From the NCBI GenBank assembly GCA_965115955.1, contig OZ220473.1:1301463-1365462 (forward strand): a stretch of DNA of 64,000 bases. The letters are read 5' to 3'. The notes under the pieces were generated by a model. It was given only the letters and a program-made list of their open reading frames with translations, did no database searches and was not told the DNA's origin. Position 1 is the stretch's first letter. Every line of letters starts with the position of its first letter. A program made the translations under genes and the position numbers. Below, in pieces: positions 1 to 8,421 of the stretch. Source of the stretch: Dehalococcoidia bacterium. GTDB lineage: Bacteria > Chloroflexota > Dehalococcoidia > Lucifugimonadales > UBA3495.

Positions 1-37
1 CTTGATGGAGGAACAGGCGGTAGTTGGCTGTCAAGGT

Positions 38-937
38 TCACCTCGTGATGAGGCGGTTGTTTTGGACTCGCTCCCTCGCTATCTGAGCGTATTCCTCGCT
101 GATGTCATAACCGACATACCGGCGCCCGGCCAGAATGGCGGCCTCTGCGGTGGTGCCGGAACCAATGAACGGATCGAGCACCACATCTCCCACGAAGGAG
201 TAAAGGTGAATGAGGCGCAAAGGCAGTTCCACGGGGAAGGGCGCGGGATGCCTGGATCGCTTCGCGCTTGCCGCCGGGAACCGCCAGATGCTCTTGGTGC
301 TTTCCAGGAAGTCATCCCGCCCGATGCTGTTCTGTTTGACGGGATGTCGCTTGAACGTTCCCTTGCAGAACACCAGGATGTACTCGTGAACATCCCTCAG
401 AACGGGGTTGCTGGACGATTGCCAGCTACCCCAGGCACAGGAAACACCGGCGCTGGCCCCTTTGTCCCATATAATCTCCCCTCTCATGTAGAAGCCGCAG
501 TCGTGGGCTATCTGTGTGAGATAAAGATGCAGCGGGATGTAGGGACTGCGGCCCAGGTTCGCCACGTTGACGCAAGCCCGTCCGCCTTCTACCAGAACCC
601 TGTAAACCTCGTTCATTACACCCGCAAGCAAGTCCTTGTATTCCGCCAAAGTCAGGTCTGCGTCGTATTCTTTGCCTACATTGTAGGGCGGGGATGTAAT
701 CATCAGGTGGACGGAGTTATCGGGCAGATGGTGCATATCCCGGCTGTCGGCGCAGTGAATCAAGTCCAGCGAATCTGGCTTATTCTCCGGGGTTTTTCCA
801 TGGCCGTTCCTGGGAACCTTCAAGCCCTGGTACAGACGCTGCCCGTAGAACTTACTGGCGTCATGGCCGATTCTGCCGGCTACACCGAAGGCGGACGTTT
901 CGGTCCGCTTTACAGGCTGCCCCATAACTCGATCCAT
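38..937 (-). CDS. DNA methyltransferase, beta-class (N4-cytosine or N6-adenine)
   Basis: Catalytic motif IV 'ITSPPYNVGKEY' precedes the AdoMet motif I 'VLDPFIGSGTT', which is the beta-class order. The SPPY form is more typical of N4-cytosine enzymes. Confidence 0.85.
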   Translation of the reverse strand: MDRVMGQPVKRTETSAFGVAGRIGHDASKFYGQRLYQGLKVPRNGHGKTPENKPDSLDLIHCADSRDMHHLPDNSVHLMITSPPYNVGKEYDADLTLAEYKDLLAGVMNEVYRVLVEGGRACVNVANLGRSPYIPLHLYLTQIAHDCGFYMRGEIIWDKGASAGVSCAWGSWQSSSNPVLRDVHEYILVFCKGTFKRHPVKQNSIGRDDFLESTKSIWRFPAASAKRSRHPAPFPVELPLRLIHLYSFVGDVVLDPFIGSGTTAEAAILAGRRYVGYDISEEYAQIARERVQNNRLITR

Positions 938-1608
938 CGCATGTATAGTTCACATTCACTTAGTGGCGACGTATCCCGGCTCCACTCTATATTCATGCTC
1001 TGTGTGCTGTGATGATTCAGAAGCTGCCGCATCGCTTCTAGGGATAGTTCAACACCACGCGGGTTGGTTCCCCTCGGAGGGACCTTGGTGTATTCGTCAA
1101 TACCCAGCGAGTCCAGAACCTCGATCTGTGCGCTCTGGGGAATCAGGGAAAGGGCGCCTGTCTTACCCCACAGGATGCGGACGAACACCATATCGCTGCC
1201 CGGGGAATAATCGTCCAGGAAAGCGTCTACAGAGTCCCAATCAACCGTCCAGGTCAGTTTGACACCGCTCAAGCCGCCTTTCTTGGTCTTGATCGATACC
1301 GGGTTTCCATCCACCAGAACATCCAACTCAGGGGATACAGTTGATGGGAACTCGATCTTGTCGTAGCCGTAGACGTACATGAAGAGGGCTGTCAGCACAC
1401 GCTCCCTGGCGGAGCCGACTTCCATGCCCAACTTTTTCCCCCTCCGGTTTTCCAACTCGACCATATCGAACAACCCTGGGAGCAAGCGAATAATGCGCTC
1501 CCGATATGGCGGAGCGAAAAGCTCGCCTCCAAAGGCCGTTACAACACCTCCTGGCTCTCCTAGCTTTCCGGGGCGTAAGGATACCATACGGGAGAATGCC
1601 CCTGCCAT
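910..1608 (-). CDS. Hypothetical protein; possible cognate restriction endonuclease (weak)
   Basis: 232-aa ORF whose 3' end overlaps the MTase start by 28 nt. It contains a loose PD-(D/E)XK-like stretch 'ELDVLVDGNPVSIKTKK'. I recognise no family. Confidence 0.3.
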   Translation of the reverse strand: MAGAFSRMVSLRPGKLGEPGGVVTAFGGELFAPPYRERIIRLLPGLFDMVELENRRGKKLGMEVGSARERVLTALFMYVYGYDKIEFPSTVSPELDVLVDGNPVSIKTKKGGLSGVKLTWTVDWDSVDAFLDDYSPGSDMVFVRILWGKTGALSLIPQSAQIEVLDSLGIDEYTKVPPRGTNPRGVELSLEAMRQLLNHHSTQSMNIEWSRDTSPLSECELYMRWIELWGSL

Positions 1609-1633
1609 TGTCCTCCTGCTCTCCCTTGCGCCT

Positions 1634-2866
1634 CTACCCCCCGGCGCGGGGCCAGGTGTCGCCCCAGGGGACGTCGGGGAGGCCGCGGGAGCGTCGAACT
1701 TCGTTGATGGTCAGAACGCCCCGGTCGAGGAGCTGCGACTCGCGGGCGGCGCGGGCGTTTTCGTCTTCGGCCAGGGCCTCGACGGAGGAGAGGTCGAACT
1801 CCATTTCCAGGCCGTCGTAGCCCAGCATGGGGAAGAGCTTGCGGGTAACCTGATCGGCCAGGAAGGTCATTTCCGGCACCATGGTGTTGCGCCAGAAGAA
1901 GCGCTCGGCGGCGTTGACGTTGGAGAAGGTGGCGCGCTCCATGTCCGACAGCAGTGGGCGAGGCACCCCGAAGGCGCGGCTCACTTCCTCCAGGCTCCAG
2001 CGCAGGCCCTGGATGAAGTCCATGTCGCGGTGGCTCAGTCCGAGGGTTTTGATGTCGCGGACGAAGCTGGCCACAGCGGGGCGATGGGCGTTGGCCGGGC
2101 CGCGGTATCGAGCTTCCCATCGGCGGTAGAAGTCCTCCACCTCGCCGTCGCTCATGTGCTCGTTGGTCAGCATCACGAAATCGGGCTGGGCCGAGTTGCG
2201 CAGAAAGTTGCGGTTGAAGCGCAGGCCGTCTCTGCCCATGTCTATCGCCAGCCGGGAAGGGGCCACCGGCGACAGGCCGGCGTACTCTTCCAGGGGGTTG
2301 AAGTAGCGGAACCACACCACCTCGTCGGGCGTCAGCGCCACCATGCGGCTGCGGCCGTGGTATACGAAGCCGCGGATGTATTGGTCCCGGTCGGGCACGA
2401 TGGACATGCGGTCGGGGCGCAGGGGCCACAGCTCGGGGCTGCCGTCGGCGTCGCGGTCGAGCATCCAGTAGGCGGCCCCCCAGAGGTTGAGGTAGATCTC
2501 GGTGGCGCGCCACAGGTCGGCGCGGGTGTGCCACGGGTTGACCCGTTCGAGGAGCCGCTGCGCCGGGTGTCCCGTGCCGACGGGAAGGCGCTGCCCGCCG
2601 GTCTCCGGGCTCCGGCGGCGGTAGACGATCACCGGCGGGCGGCCAAGGGCGTCGGCCCGGATGCGTATGGCCGAATATACCGGGGTGGACGTTGCGTAGT
2701 AATCGCCGTATCCGGTTTGGCTCCAGCCCTCTCCCGCGCCCGTCAGGACGCTGAAGCCGTCCACGTCGGCCATGGCTGCTCCCCCGGCCTTTGCCCTTGC
2801 CGCAGAAACGGGTGAGTCGGCAGGGTCTTTGCGCCAGGGCAGCCGCAGGGCCAGTTTCTGCATCAT
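1634..2866 (-). CDS. Phage portal protein (HK97-like family)
   Basis: Portal-like sequence from 'MMQKLALRL...'. ATG chosen at 2866. The upstream 167 aa of the tracked ORF are Arg-rich out-of-frame-looking sequence that overlaps terminase. Confidence 0.8.
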   Translation of the reverse strand: MMQKLALRLPWRKDPADSPVSAARAKAGGAAMADVDGFSVLTGAGEGWSQTGYGDYYATSTPVYSAIRIRADALGRPPVIVYRRRSPETGGQRLPVGTGHPAQRLLERVNPWHTRADLWRATEIYLNLWGAAYWMLDRDADGSPELWPLRPDRMSIVPDRDQYIRGFVYHGRSRMVALTPDEVVWFRYFNPLEEYAGLSPVAPSRLAIDMGRDGLRFNRNFLRNSAQPDFVMLTNEHMSDGEVEDFYRRWEARYRGPANAHRPAVASFVRDIKTLGLSHRDMDFIQGLRWSLEEVSRAFGVPRPLLSDMERATFSNVNAAERFFWRNTMVPEMTFLADQVTRKLFPMLGYDGLEMEFDLSSVEALAEDENARAARESQLLDRGVLTINEVRRSRGLPDVPWGDTWPRAGG

Positions 2867-2964
2867 GTCTGCAACCTCTCTGAAACCCCGCGTCTGAAAC
2901 TTGCGGTTGGGGTTTCCCCGGAATAATTGCTTTTGCCGCCGGCAGGGGTGAGCGAAGAAGGCCC

Positions 2965-4668
2965 CTACGTCCAGATGCGGGGACGGCTGGCCGGCGCGTG
3001 AAATGCGAGCATCAGGGCATCGGCTTTGTCGGGAGACGGCAGGCCCCGCTTGCGCATTTCGTCTTTGCTTTCCAGCTTCATCTGGCCGTCGCTTTCGTAG
3101 CTGTAGCGCAGGGCGGCGAGCTCTCCGATGAGCTGGCTGTCGTCGGGGATGCTGATGCGCCCTGTGGCGAAGCGCTCGCGCAGAGTCCAGTAGCCCTCGG
3201 CGCGCAGGTTGGCGAAGGCGCGGCTCTGCCTGGCCTTCCGGGCCACGTTGACGCCGCGCACTGGGTGGCCCAGCTCCCGCAGGCGGTCGACGACGCCTGC
3301 GCCGACGCCGATTTCGTCGACGTAGACCTGGGACGGGCTGCACTCGCGGATGGCGGCGGCAACCCACCCGGCAACCTGCATGGTGTCCATCTGGCGAAGA
3401 ACGCGGATGTCCTCGACGCTGTCTCCGCGCCGACGCAGGATTACGCTGCGGTCGCTGCCGAAGCGGGCGACGTCCACGGCGAGGATGACTTCGCCGGAGC
3501 GGGAAGTCTCCAGGCCTGCCGCGGGCGCGGATGCTTCCGGTGCCGGCTCTCGCTTGCGAACCGCGGCCTCAACGTCGCTCAGGCGGAGCAGGGTGTCCTC
3601 GCCCTGTTCGGGGAACTCGCCCAGAACGCGGGCCCGGTATACTGGGTTGTCTTCGCCCCATATCTCGCGGCGCTCCTGAACCCAGCGCGGTGTGGTAAGG
3701 CCGGGCAAGACGATGCGCCCGGCGCGCACGTTGGGGCTGTCGAGGGCCGAGATGGTGAAGGTGCGGTAGATGCCGCGCTCTTCGTAGAAGGCCCGTCGGA
3801 AGGCTCCGGTCATGGTCGTGGGGTTGCCGATGAGCAGAAGCAGCGGGTCGGCCGAGGTCATCACCGACTCGATGGCCTCGAAGATCTCTTCGCCGACGCC
3901 CTCTGCCTCGTCTACCACGATGAGCATATTGGGGCTGTGGAATCCCTGAAACTGGTCGGCGCTGTCGGCCGACAGCCCCATGGCGTAGCGGTCGTCGGCC
4001 AGCTCCCAGCGGGTGTCCAGCATCTTGCCGCCCAGCGTTTCGGCGGCGGGGCGGTAGAGGCGGTGAATCTGCCGCCAGAGGATGTGGCGCACCTGCCGGA
4101 AGGTGGGAGCGGTGCTGAGGGCGATGGCGGCCTCCCGATGCGCGTGCATGAACCACAGCACGGCCACGGCGGCGCAGAAGCCCTTGCCCAGCCCGTTGCC
4201 GGCCTTGACGGCGACGCGGCGGTTTGCGGTAAGGGCGTTCAGCACATCTTCCTGCTTTTCCCAGAGGCGCACGCCCAGCATATCCCGGGCGAAGGCGACG
4301 GGCGACGACAGGGCCGGCGCCTCCGGCCCATCCGCTGCGCGGGCGAGGCCGGCGAGCGGCGCGGTATACTGCGCCGGGGCCTGTTCGTCCGGAACCCGGC
4401 GGCGGCGGGGATGTGCGCCGCCGGTCAGGGATTTGCGTTCCGAGGGCCATGCTCCATAACGGCGGGCCGAGGCAATGCCCCGGGCATGGGCGGGCTGAAG
4501 AGATACCCGCAGTCGCGGCAGCGATAAACGTCGTTGTCCTCCTCTCGTTTCTTGTCCAGTATGAGCAGTCTTGGCGATAGACAGCGTCGGCATTCCGGCT
4601 TTCTCAACTCTCACTCTTCCATGCTTGCTCTCCGGCGGCGGAGCGGCTGGCTCCGGCCCGAAGGCCAA
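2965..4668 (-). CDS. Phage terminase large subunit (start uncertain)
   Basis: Walker A 'KAGNGLGKGF', Walker B 'LIVVDEAEG', and a C-terminal RuvC-like nuclease region 'VDVARFGSDRS'. The conserved part starts near 'FARDMLGVRLWEKQ' (about 4290). No ATG, GTG or TTG lies between 4281 and 4593. Confidence 0.8.
   Translation of the reverse strand: MAFGPEPAAPPPESKHGRVRVEKAGMPTLSIAKTAHTGQETRGGQRRLSLPRLRVSLQPAHARGIASARRYGAWPSERKSLTGGAHPRRRRVPDEQAPAQYTAPLAGLARAADGPEAPALSSPVAFARDMLGVRLWEKQEDVLNALTANRRVAVKAGNGLGKGFCAAVAVLWFMHAHREAAIALSTAPTFRQVRHILWRQIHRLYRPAAETLGGKMLDTRWELADDRYAMGLSADSADQFQGFHSPNMLIVVDEAEGVGEEIFEAIESVMTSADPLLLLIGNPTTMTGAFRRAFYEERGIYRTFTISALDSPNVRAGRIVLPGLTTPRWVQERREIWGEDNPVYRARVLGEFPEQGEDTLLRLSDVEAAVRKREPAPEASAPAAGLETSRSGEVILAVDVARFGSDRSVILRRRGDSVEDIRVLRQMDTMQVAGWVAAAIRECSPSQVYVDEIGVGAGVVDRLRELGHPVRGVNVARKARQSRAFANLRAEGYWTLRERFATGRISIPDDSQLIGELAALRYSYESDGQMKLESKDEMRKRGLPSPDKADALMLAFHAPASRPRIWT
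4425..4607 (-). CDS. Small zinc-ribbon ORF overlapping the 5' region of the terminase ORF in another frame
   Basis: CxxC-x20-CxxC ('ECRRCLSP...YRCRDCGY'). It looks more protein-like than the terminase-frame translation of the same DNA. Confidence 0.3.
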   Translation of the reverse strand: MRKPECRRCLSPRLLILDKKREEDNDVYRCRDCGYLFSPPMPGALPRPAVMEHGPRNANP

Positions 4669-4783
4669 CCGAACCTTTGTTCCATAATATTATGGATGCG
4701 CTACGGGGTAACGCAAGGGAGCGGTGTCAGCGAATTCCTGCGCCGACAAAGGCTGCCGGAGGGGGCGGCGCAGTGGGGCCGCG

Positions 4784-4813
4784 TTGACCCTTTTTATTCC
4801 GGTAGCCTACAAT
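4784..4813 (+). promoter_or_regulatory. Sigma70-like promoter upstream of the rhodanese gene
   Basis: TTGACC (4784-4789), an 18-nt spacer, then TACAAT (4808-4813). Confidence 0.4.
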
Positions 4814-4892
4814 CTGGCAAAATACCGTCATAATGCCGTTTGCCGTCCGGCGCGCCTCGATCGCACCGGCGGCGGCGGACGAGGAGGGCGAG

Positions 4893-5720
4893 ATGGCCCA
4901 CGAGGATTATGCCCATCCGGAATATCTGGTCGAGGCCGACTGGCTGGCCGAACACCTGGACGACGCCAATGTGGTGGTGGTGGACTGCGACGTTGACGCC
5001 GCCTACAACAGGGGGCACATCCCCGGCTCGGTGGTGGCGCCGGACAACTTCGAGAAGGACCCGGATACCGGCCGGATCCACCTGATGAACCCATCGCAGT
5101 TCCAGGCTATGTGCCAACGGCTGGGCATAGGCAACGATACTCTGGTAATCAGCTACGACAATTCCCAGAGCCTTTACGCGGCCCGGCTGTGGTGGGCGCT
5201 GAATACCTACGGCCACCGGAACGTTAGGGTTCTGAACGGAGGGTGGCGCGGCTGGATAGAGGGCGGTCACGGCGTTGGGCTGGAACGCCCGGCGCCTGCC
5301 GCCGGGGTCAGTTTCACCCCTCGCCGCGATGAGTCGCTGCTGGTCATGGCGGACGAGCTGAAGGAAGCGTGCAGCCTGGAGGGCAGCGTTGTCTGGGACG
5401 TGCGCAGCGACGGTGAGTGGGACGGCTCGGAAACGCGCGGCAACAAACGGGCGGGGCATATCCCCGGCGCGGTGCACCTGGAATGGTTCAACGTTATGGA
5501 CCGCCAGACCCATCGCTTCAGGCCGGCCAGCGAGATTCGCAGGCTGCTGGCCGAAAATGGCATCACCCCCGATAAGAATGTCTACACCTATTGACAGGGC
5601 GGCATCCGTGCGGCGCACGGCGTGTTCGTCCTGAAGCTGGTGGGATACAACAGCGCCAAAAACTACGACGCCTCTATGGGAGAGTGGGCAAACCGTGAAG
5701 ATACCCCGCTGGAGGTATGA
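4893..5720 (+). CDS. Two-domain rhodanese / thiosulfate sulfurtransferase with an in-frame TGA (5592-5594) at the catalytic Cys position; candidate selenoprotein
   Basis: ATG at 4893 follows the RBS GAGGAGG (4881-4887). The tracked ORF stops at TGA 5592-5594, but the same frame continues 'QGGIRAAHGVFVLKLVGYNSAKNYDASMGEWANREDTPLEV*' to 5720. That continuation is the rest of the rhodanese active-site loop (C-x-G-x-R) and the C-terminus. Confidence 0.7.
5595..5633 (+). promoter_or_regulatory. SECIS-like stem-loop immediately 3' of the in-frame UGA
   Basis: Hand-folded pairing: 5595-5602 with 5626-5633 (8 bp, 2 G-U), 5603-5605 with 5622-5624, and 5606-5611 with 5615-5620. The apical loop is GGC. 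The loop begins 17 nt after the UGA. Confidence 0.5.
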
Positions 5721-5813
5721 GGTAAATGGCGCAGATTCAGCAGCGGAAATGACGGAGCGGCGGCTGATGATTCAACAATCGCGGCCTTGCCCGGACGTCA
5801 GGAGATTGACCAG

Positions 5814-6644
5814 ATGAAACGATGCGCCCTGTTCATTCTGCTGCTGACGGCCGTTGCGGGAACCATGTCATGCTTTATCGGCGGGTCAGCGCCGGAAGGC
5901 CCGGCGGCGCTTATTCCCGATGGCGCGCATTCCGTGGTGCTGGCCGATGTCAGCCAGGCCGCGCTCAACCGCACCGACCTGCCCCCAAGCCTTGAACGCC
6001 GCGCGTCGAACCTGGACGACTACGGCGATGTTCGCCAGCAGGCGGCAGTTTCGCTGGCATCAGGCGAGGTGACGATTACCAGGGGCGACTTTGCTTTCGA
6101 CGACATCAGAGAAGCCCTGGGCGAGGACGGTTACGACGAGACAGAGTACCGGGGATACAGTTTTTGGGAGTCGTCCGGCGGCAGCCGGGTCACAGCCCTG
6201 CTGGACGACGACGGTTTTCTCATCGATGGGGGCCCGGACGCCGTGGCCGAGGTGCTGCGAAACCGCAAGCGCGATTCCGGGCTGCTGTGGAACGACGACG
6301 AAGGGGAATTGAACCGGGCCATGGATCTGGCCGGCGAGGGGCTGGTTACGCTGGCCTCCAGGCATTGCGGTCTGGACGATAACCGGGGCTGCAGCGCCGT
6401 CGCCTGGGCTTTCTCTCGAGATGAGGAGCGCCGCACCGTTATCGAGGGCGCCGCTGCAATCTTGTTCAGAAGCGTCCCTGAGGCCAACTCGGCGATGCCG
6501 ATAATCGAGCAGGCCATCGACGCCCACCCGATTATGACGCTGACGGAAATTGGAATGACCGGCGCCACCGTTATTCTGAAGACGGATATTGACCGCGACC
6601 AGTTCTCCAGCCTGGAATTGCCGGTCAGCCTGAGGCGGCAGTAA
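5814..6644 (+). CDS. Predicted lipoprotein, unknown function
   Basis: ATG at 5814 follows AGGAG. Signal peptide plus lipobox-like 'MKRCALFILLLTAVAGTMSC'. Confidence 0.6.
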   Translation: MKRCALFILLLTAVAGTMSCFIGGSAPEGPAALIPDGAHSVVLADVSQAALNRTDLPPSLERRASNLDDYGDVRQQAAVSLASGEVTITRGDFAFDDIREALGEDGYDETEYRGYSFWESSGGSRVTALLDDDGFLIDGGPDAVAEVLRNRKRDSGLLWNDDEGELNRAMDLAGEGLVTLASRHCGLDDNRGCSAVAWAFSRDEERRTVIEGAAAILFRSVPEANSAMPIIEQAIDAHPIMTLTEIGMTGATVILKTDIDRDQFSSLELPVSLRRQ

Positions 6645-6701
6645 AGAGCGGGGCCGCCCGAACTGCCGGGACGCCCCGCAACTGTCTCCCATCGACGGCG
6701 A

Positions 6702-6723
6702 GGCCCGCTCGCGCAAGCGGGCC
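6702..6723. terminator. GC-rich hairpin between convergent genes (no clear U-tract)
   Basis: GGCCCGCT / AGCGGGCC 8-bp stem with a 6-nt loop. Confidence 0.3.
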
Positions 6724-6769
6724 GGTATCAGCGCCGTCTGTTTCCGCTGGCCAGGCTGCCCAGGCGATT

Positions 6770-7807
6770 CTACAGGGGCAGAGACACTACCTGGCGGGTC
6801 TGGGAGCTGCGGGTTACCGCCTCGGTGAACTCCATGTAGTGTACGCCCACCTCGAAGGGTGTGCGGGTGATGCGCTCCCGGCCGCGGATGGCGTTGCAGA
6901 ACTCTTCTTCGACACGCCAGCGGGCCTGGCTTTCCGGCGGGTTGGGGATTTCCTCCATGGAGCTGTCGCCGCGCCGCCCGCCGTATACGTTCAAGGCGGA
7001 GTCGACGCGCAGGGTGCCCTCGCTGCCGTAGATCCAGACCTCGCTGCCGGGGCCGAAGCCGGTAATTGCGCTGAAGCGCATGTTGGCCTGGGCGCCGCTG
7101 GACAGGTCGGCCAGAATGTCAACGTGGTCGGGGATGGTCACGGGCACGAGGCTCCCGTCTTCGTCGCGGCGCTGCCGGACGTTCACCCTGGTGTTGGCCA
7201 TGACGCGGGTGGCGGGGCCGACCCAGCGAATCATGGCCTCGTACCAGATGCCCATGTTCAGGATGTTGTAACCGCTCAGGTCGCGATCGTTGCGCCAGTG
7301 CATCGGGCCGTTTGTGTCGGCGAACCCCGGCGTCAGCGACTGAAGGGACACCGCCAGCGGGTCGCCAACGTAGCCCTCGGCAATCTTCCGGATAAGCAGG
7401 TTGTCCACCCGGAAGGTCAGGGGCGATGGGACAATCTGGGCCGCCAGGCCGGGGCGCGCCCGCGACGCCTCCAGCATCTCCCGCGCCTCGGCGGCCGTCG
7501 CCGCCATCCGCGCTTCGGTGAGCACGTGCTTGCCTGCTTCCAGCGCGGCGATGGTCAGGGTGCGGTGCATATAGGGCCAGGTGCCGATGCACACGGCGTT
7601 GATGGAATCGTCCTCCAGCAGTTCCTGCCAACTGTCGTACACCGTGGGGATATTGAACTGGTCGGCCACTGCCCGCCCCGACTCGCGGGAGCGGTTAGCC
7701 ACCGCTACGATCTCCACGCCGTCGACCTGGCGGAAACCGGGAATGTGCCGGTCGCGGGTGTTGCGTCCCGCGCCGATAAGCCCGATCCGGATACCTTCAT
7801 TCGCCAT
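6770..7807 (-). CDS. Gfo/Idh/MocA family oxidoreductase
   Basis: N-terminal Rossmann 'IRIGLIGAGRNTRDRHIPGF' and typical family layout. Paralog of 8422-9483. Confidence 0.85.
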   Translation of the reverse strand: MANEGIRIGLIGAGRNTRDRHIPGFRQVDGVEIVAVANRSRESGRAVADQFNIPTVYDSWQELLEDDSINAVCIGTWPYMHRTLTIAALEAGKHVLTEARMAATAAEAREMLEASRARPGLAAQIVPSPLTFRVDNLLIRKIAEGYVGDPLAVSLQSLTPGFADTNGPMHWRNDRDLSGYNILNMGIWYEAMIRWVGPATRVMANTRVNVRQRRDEDGSLVPVTIPDHVDILADLSSGAQANMRFSAITGFGPGSEVWIYGSEGTLRVDSALNVYGGRRGDSSMEEIPNPPESQARWRVEEEFCNAIRGRERITRTPFEVGVHYMEFTEAVTRSSQTRQVVSLPL

Positions 7808-7859
7808 AATGCCACTCTCCCGTATTATGATTTATTGACGCTTGCAACGCCTTCCTCTC

Positions 7860-8273
7860 TTAACCCTGCCCGCGCGCGGCGCCAGTGCATATGGGCCTAT
7901 TTCGACGACCTCGATGTTCCTTAAGCCTGCCCGCGCGCGGCGCCAGTTCCTCGGCCACCGGGTCGACCACCAGCAGGAATTCCTGGAGCGCGTTGGCGCC
8001 GATTAGAGGGTCGGTGTCATCATCGCCGAATATGACGCGCATGGGACTCTCGGAGCCGTTGATGACCAGCATAGCCAGCCCGACGCTGCGGTCAACGACG
8101 CCGCCGTCGGCCTGCTCGAAGGGAAGGACAAAACGCTTTGCTATGCCGAGCCGCTCCAGCATACTGCGGGGGAACATCGAGTAGGACGCGCCGGTATCCA
8201 CCAGAGCATCCACCGTCTCCATGCGCTCGCCGTCGGCGCTCCACACCCCGACGGGCCAGGCGAACTCCCCCAT
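7860..8273 (-). CDS. Retropepsin-like (clan AA) aspartyl protease
   Basis: 'ALVDTGASYSMFP' D-T-G-A active-site motif in a 137-aa protein. Confidence 0.7.
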   Translation of the reverse strand: MGEFAWPVGVWSADGERMETVDALVDTGASYSMFPRSMLERLGIAKRFVLPFEQADGGVVDRSVGLAMLVINGSESPMRVIFGDDDTDPLIGANALQEFLLVVDPVAEELAPRAGRLKEHRGRRNRPICTGAARGQG

Positions 8274-8283
8274 GTTGTCTCCC

Positions 8284-8326
8284 TTTATACATGCCCGGTT
8301 TATACATGCGGTTTATACATGCCCGG
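8284..8326. repeat. Tandem repeat TTTATACATGC(CC)GG x3 directly upstream of the protease start
   Basis: Copies at 8284-8298, 8299-8311 and 8312-8326. On the minus strand each copy carries a TATAAA -10-like hexamer. Confidence 0.8.
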
Positions 8327-8421
8327 CGCATGTCTACCAGCGCGAAACGGAGAGAGACGCTGGAGATTCCGATACCCTCCCCGGCATTCCGAAGCTGTTG
8401 GAACTGGGCTGGCGCTCTGCG

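Larger units (their letters stand above)
1..4700 (-). mobile_element. Phage-derived fragment (terminase large subunit, portal, then a DNA MTase module). The left end runs off the window.
   Basis: Co-oriented minus-strand block: TerL (2965-4668), portal (1634-2866), a 232-aa ORF, then a DNA MTase. No protease or capsid genes follow the portal. A perfect 14-nt palindrome CCATAATATTATGG (4682-4695) lies just outside the block. Confidence 0.55.

Noticed and set aside
1379-2815. Many long ORFs lie antisense to or overlapping the annotated genes. Examples: 2-1012, 1379-2815, 2998-4527, 6839-7924, 8221-9588, 10157-11107, 19219-20013, 19992-21110, 21146-22408, 29058-29930, 42764-44557, 52820-54406 and 57602-59812.
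   Set aside because: Their translations are Arg/Ala/Gly/Pro-rich low-complexity strings, typical of stop-poor shadow frames in high-GC DNA. Each overlaps a gene on the other strand or frame that has clear family motifs.
4833-4892. ATG 4833 as the rhodanese start (as in the ORF track).
   Set aside because: The first 20 codons encode Ala/Arg-rich sequence with no RBS. ATG 4893 is preceded by GAGGAGG at ideal spacing and begins at the conserved 'HEDYAHPEYLVEADWL' N-terminus.
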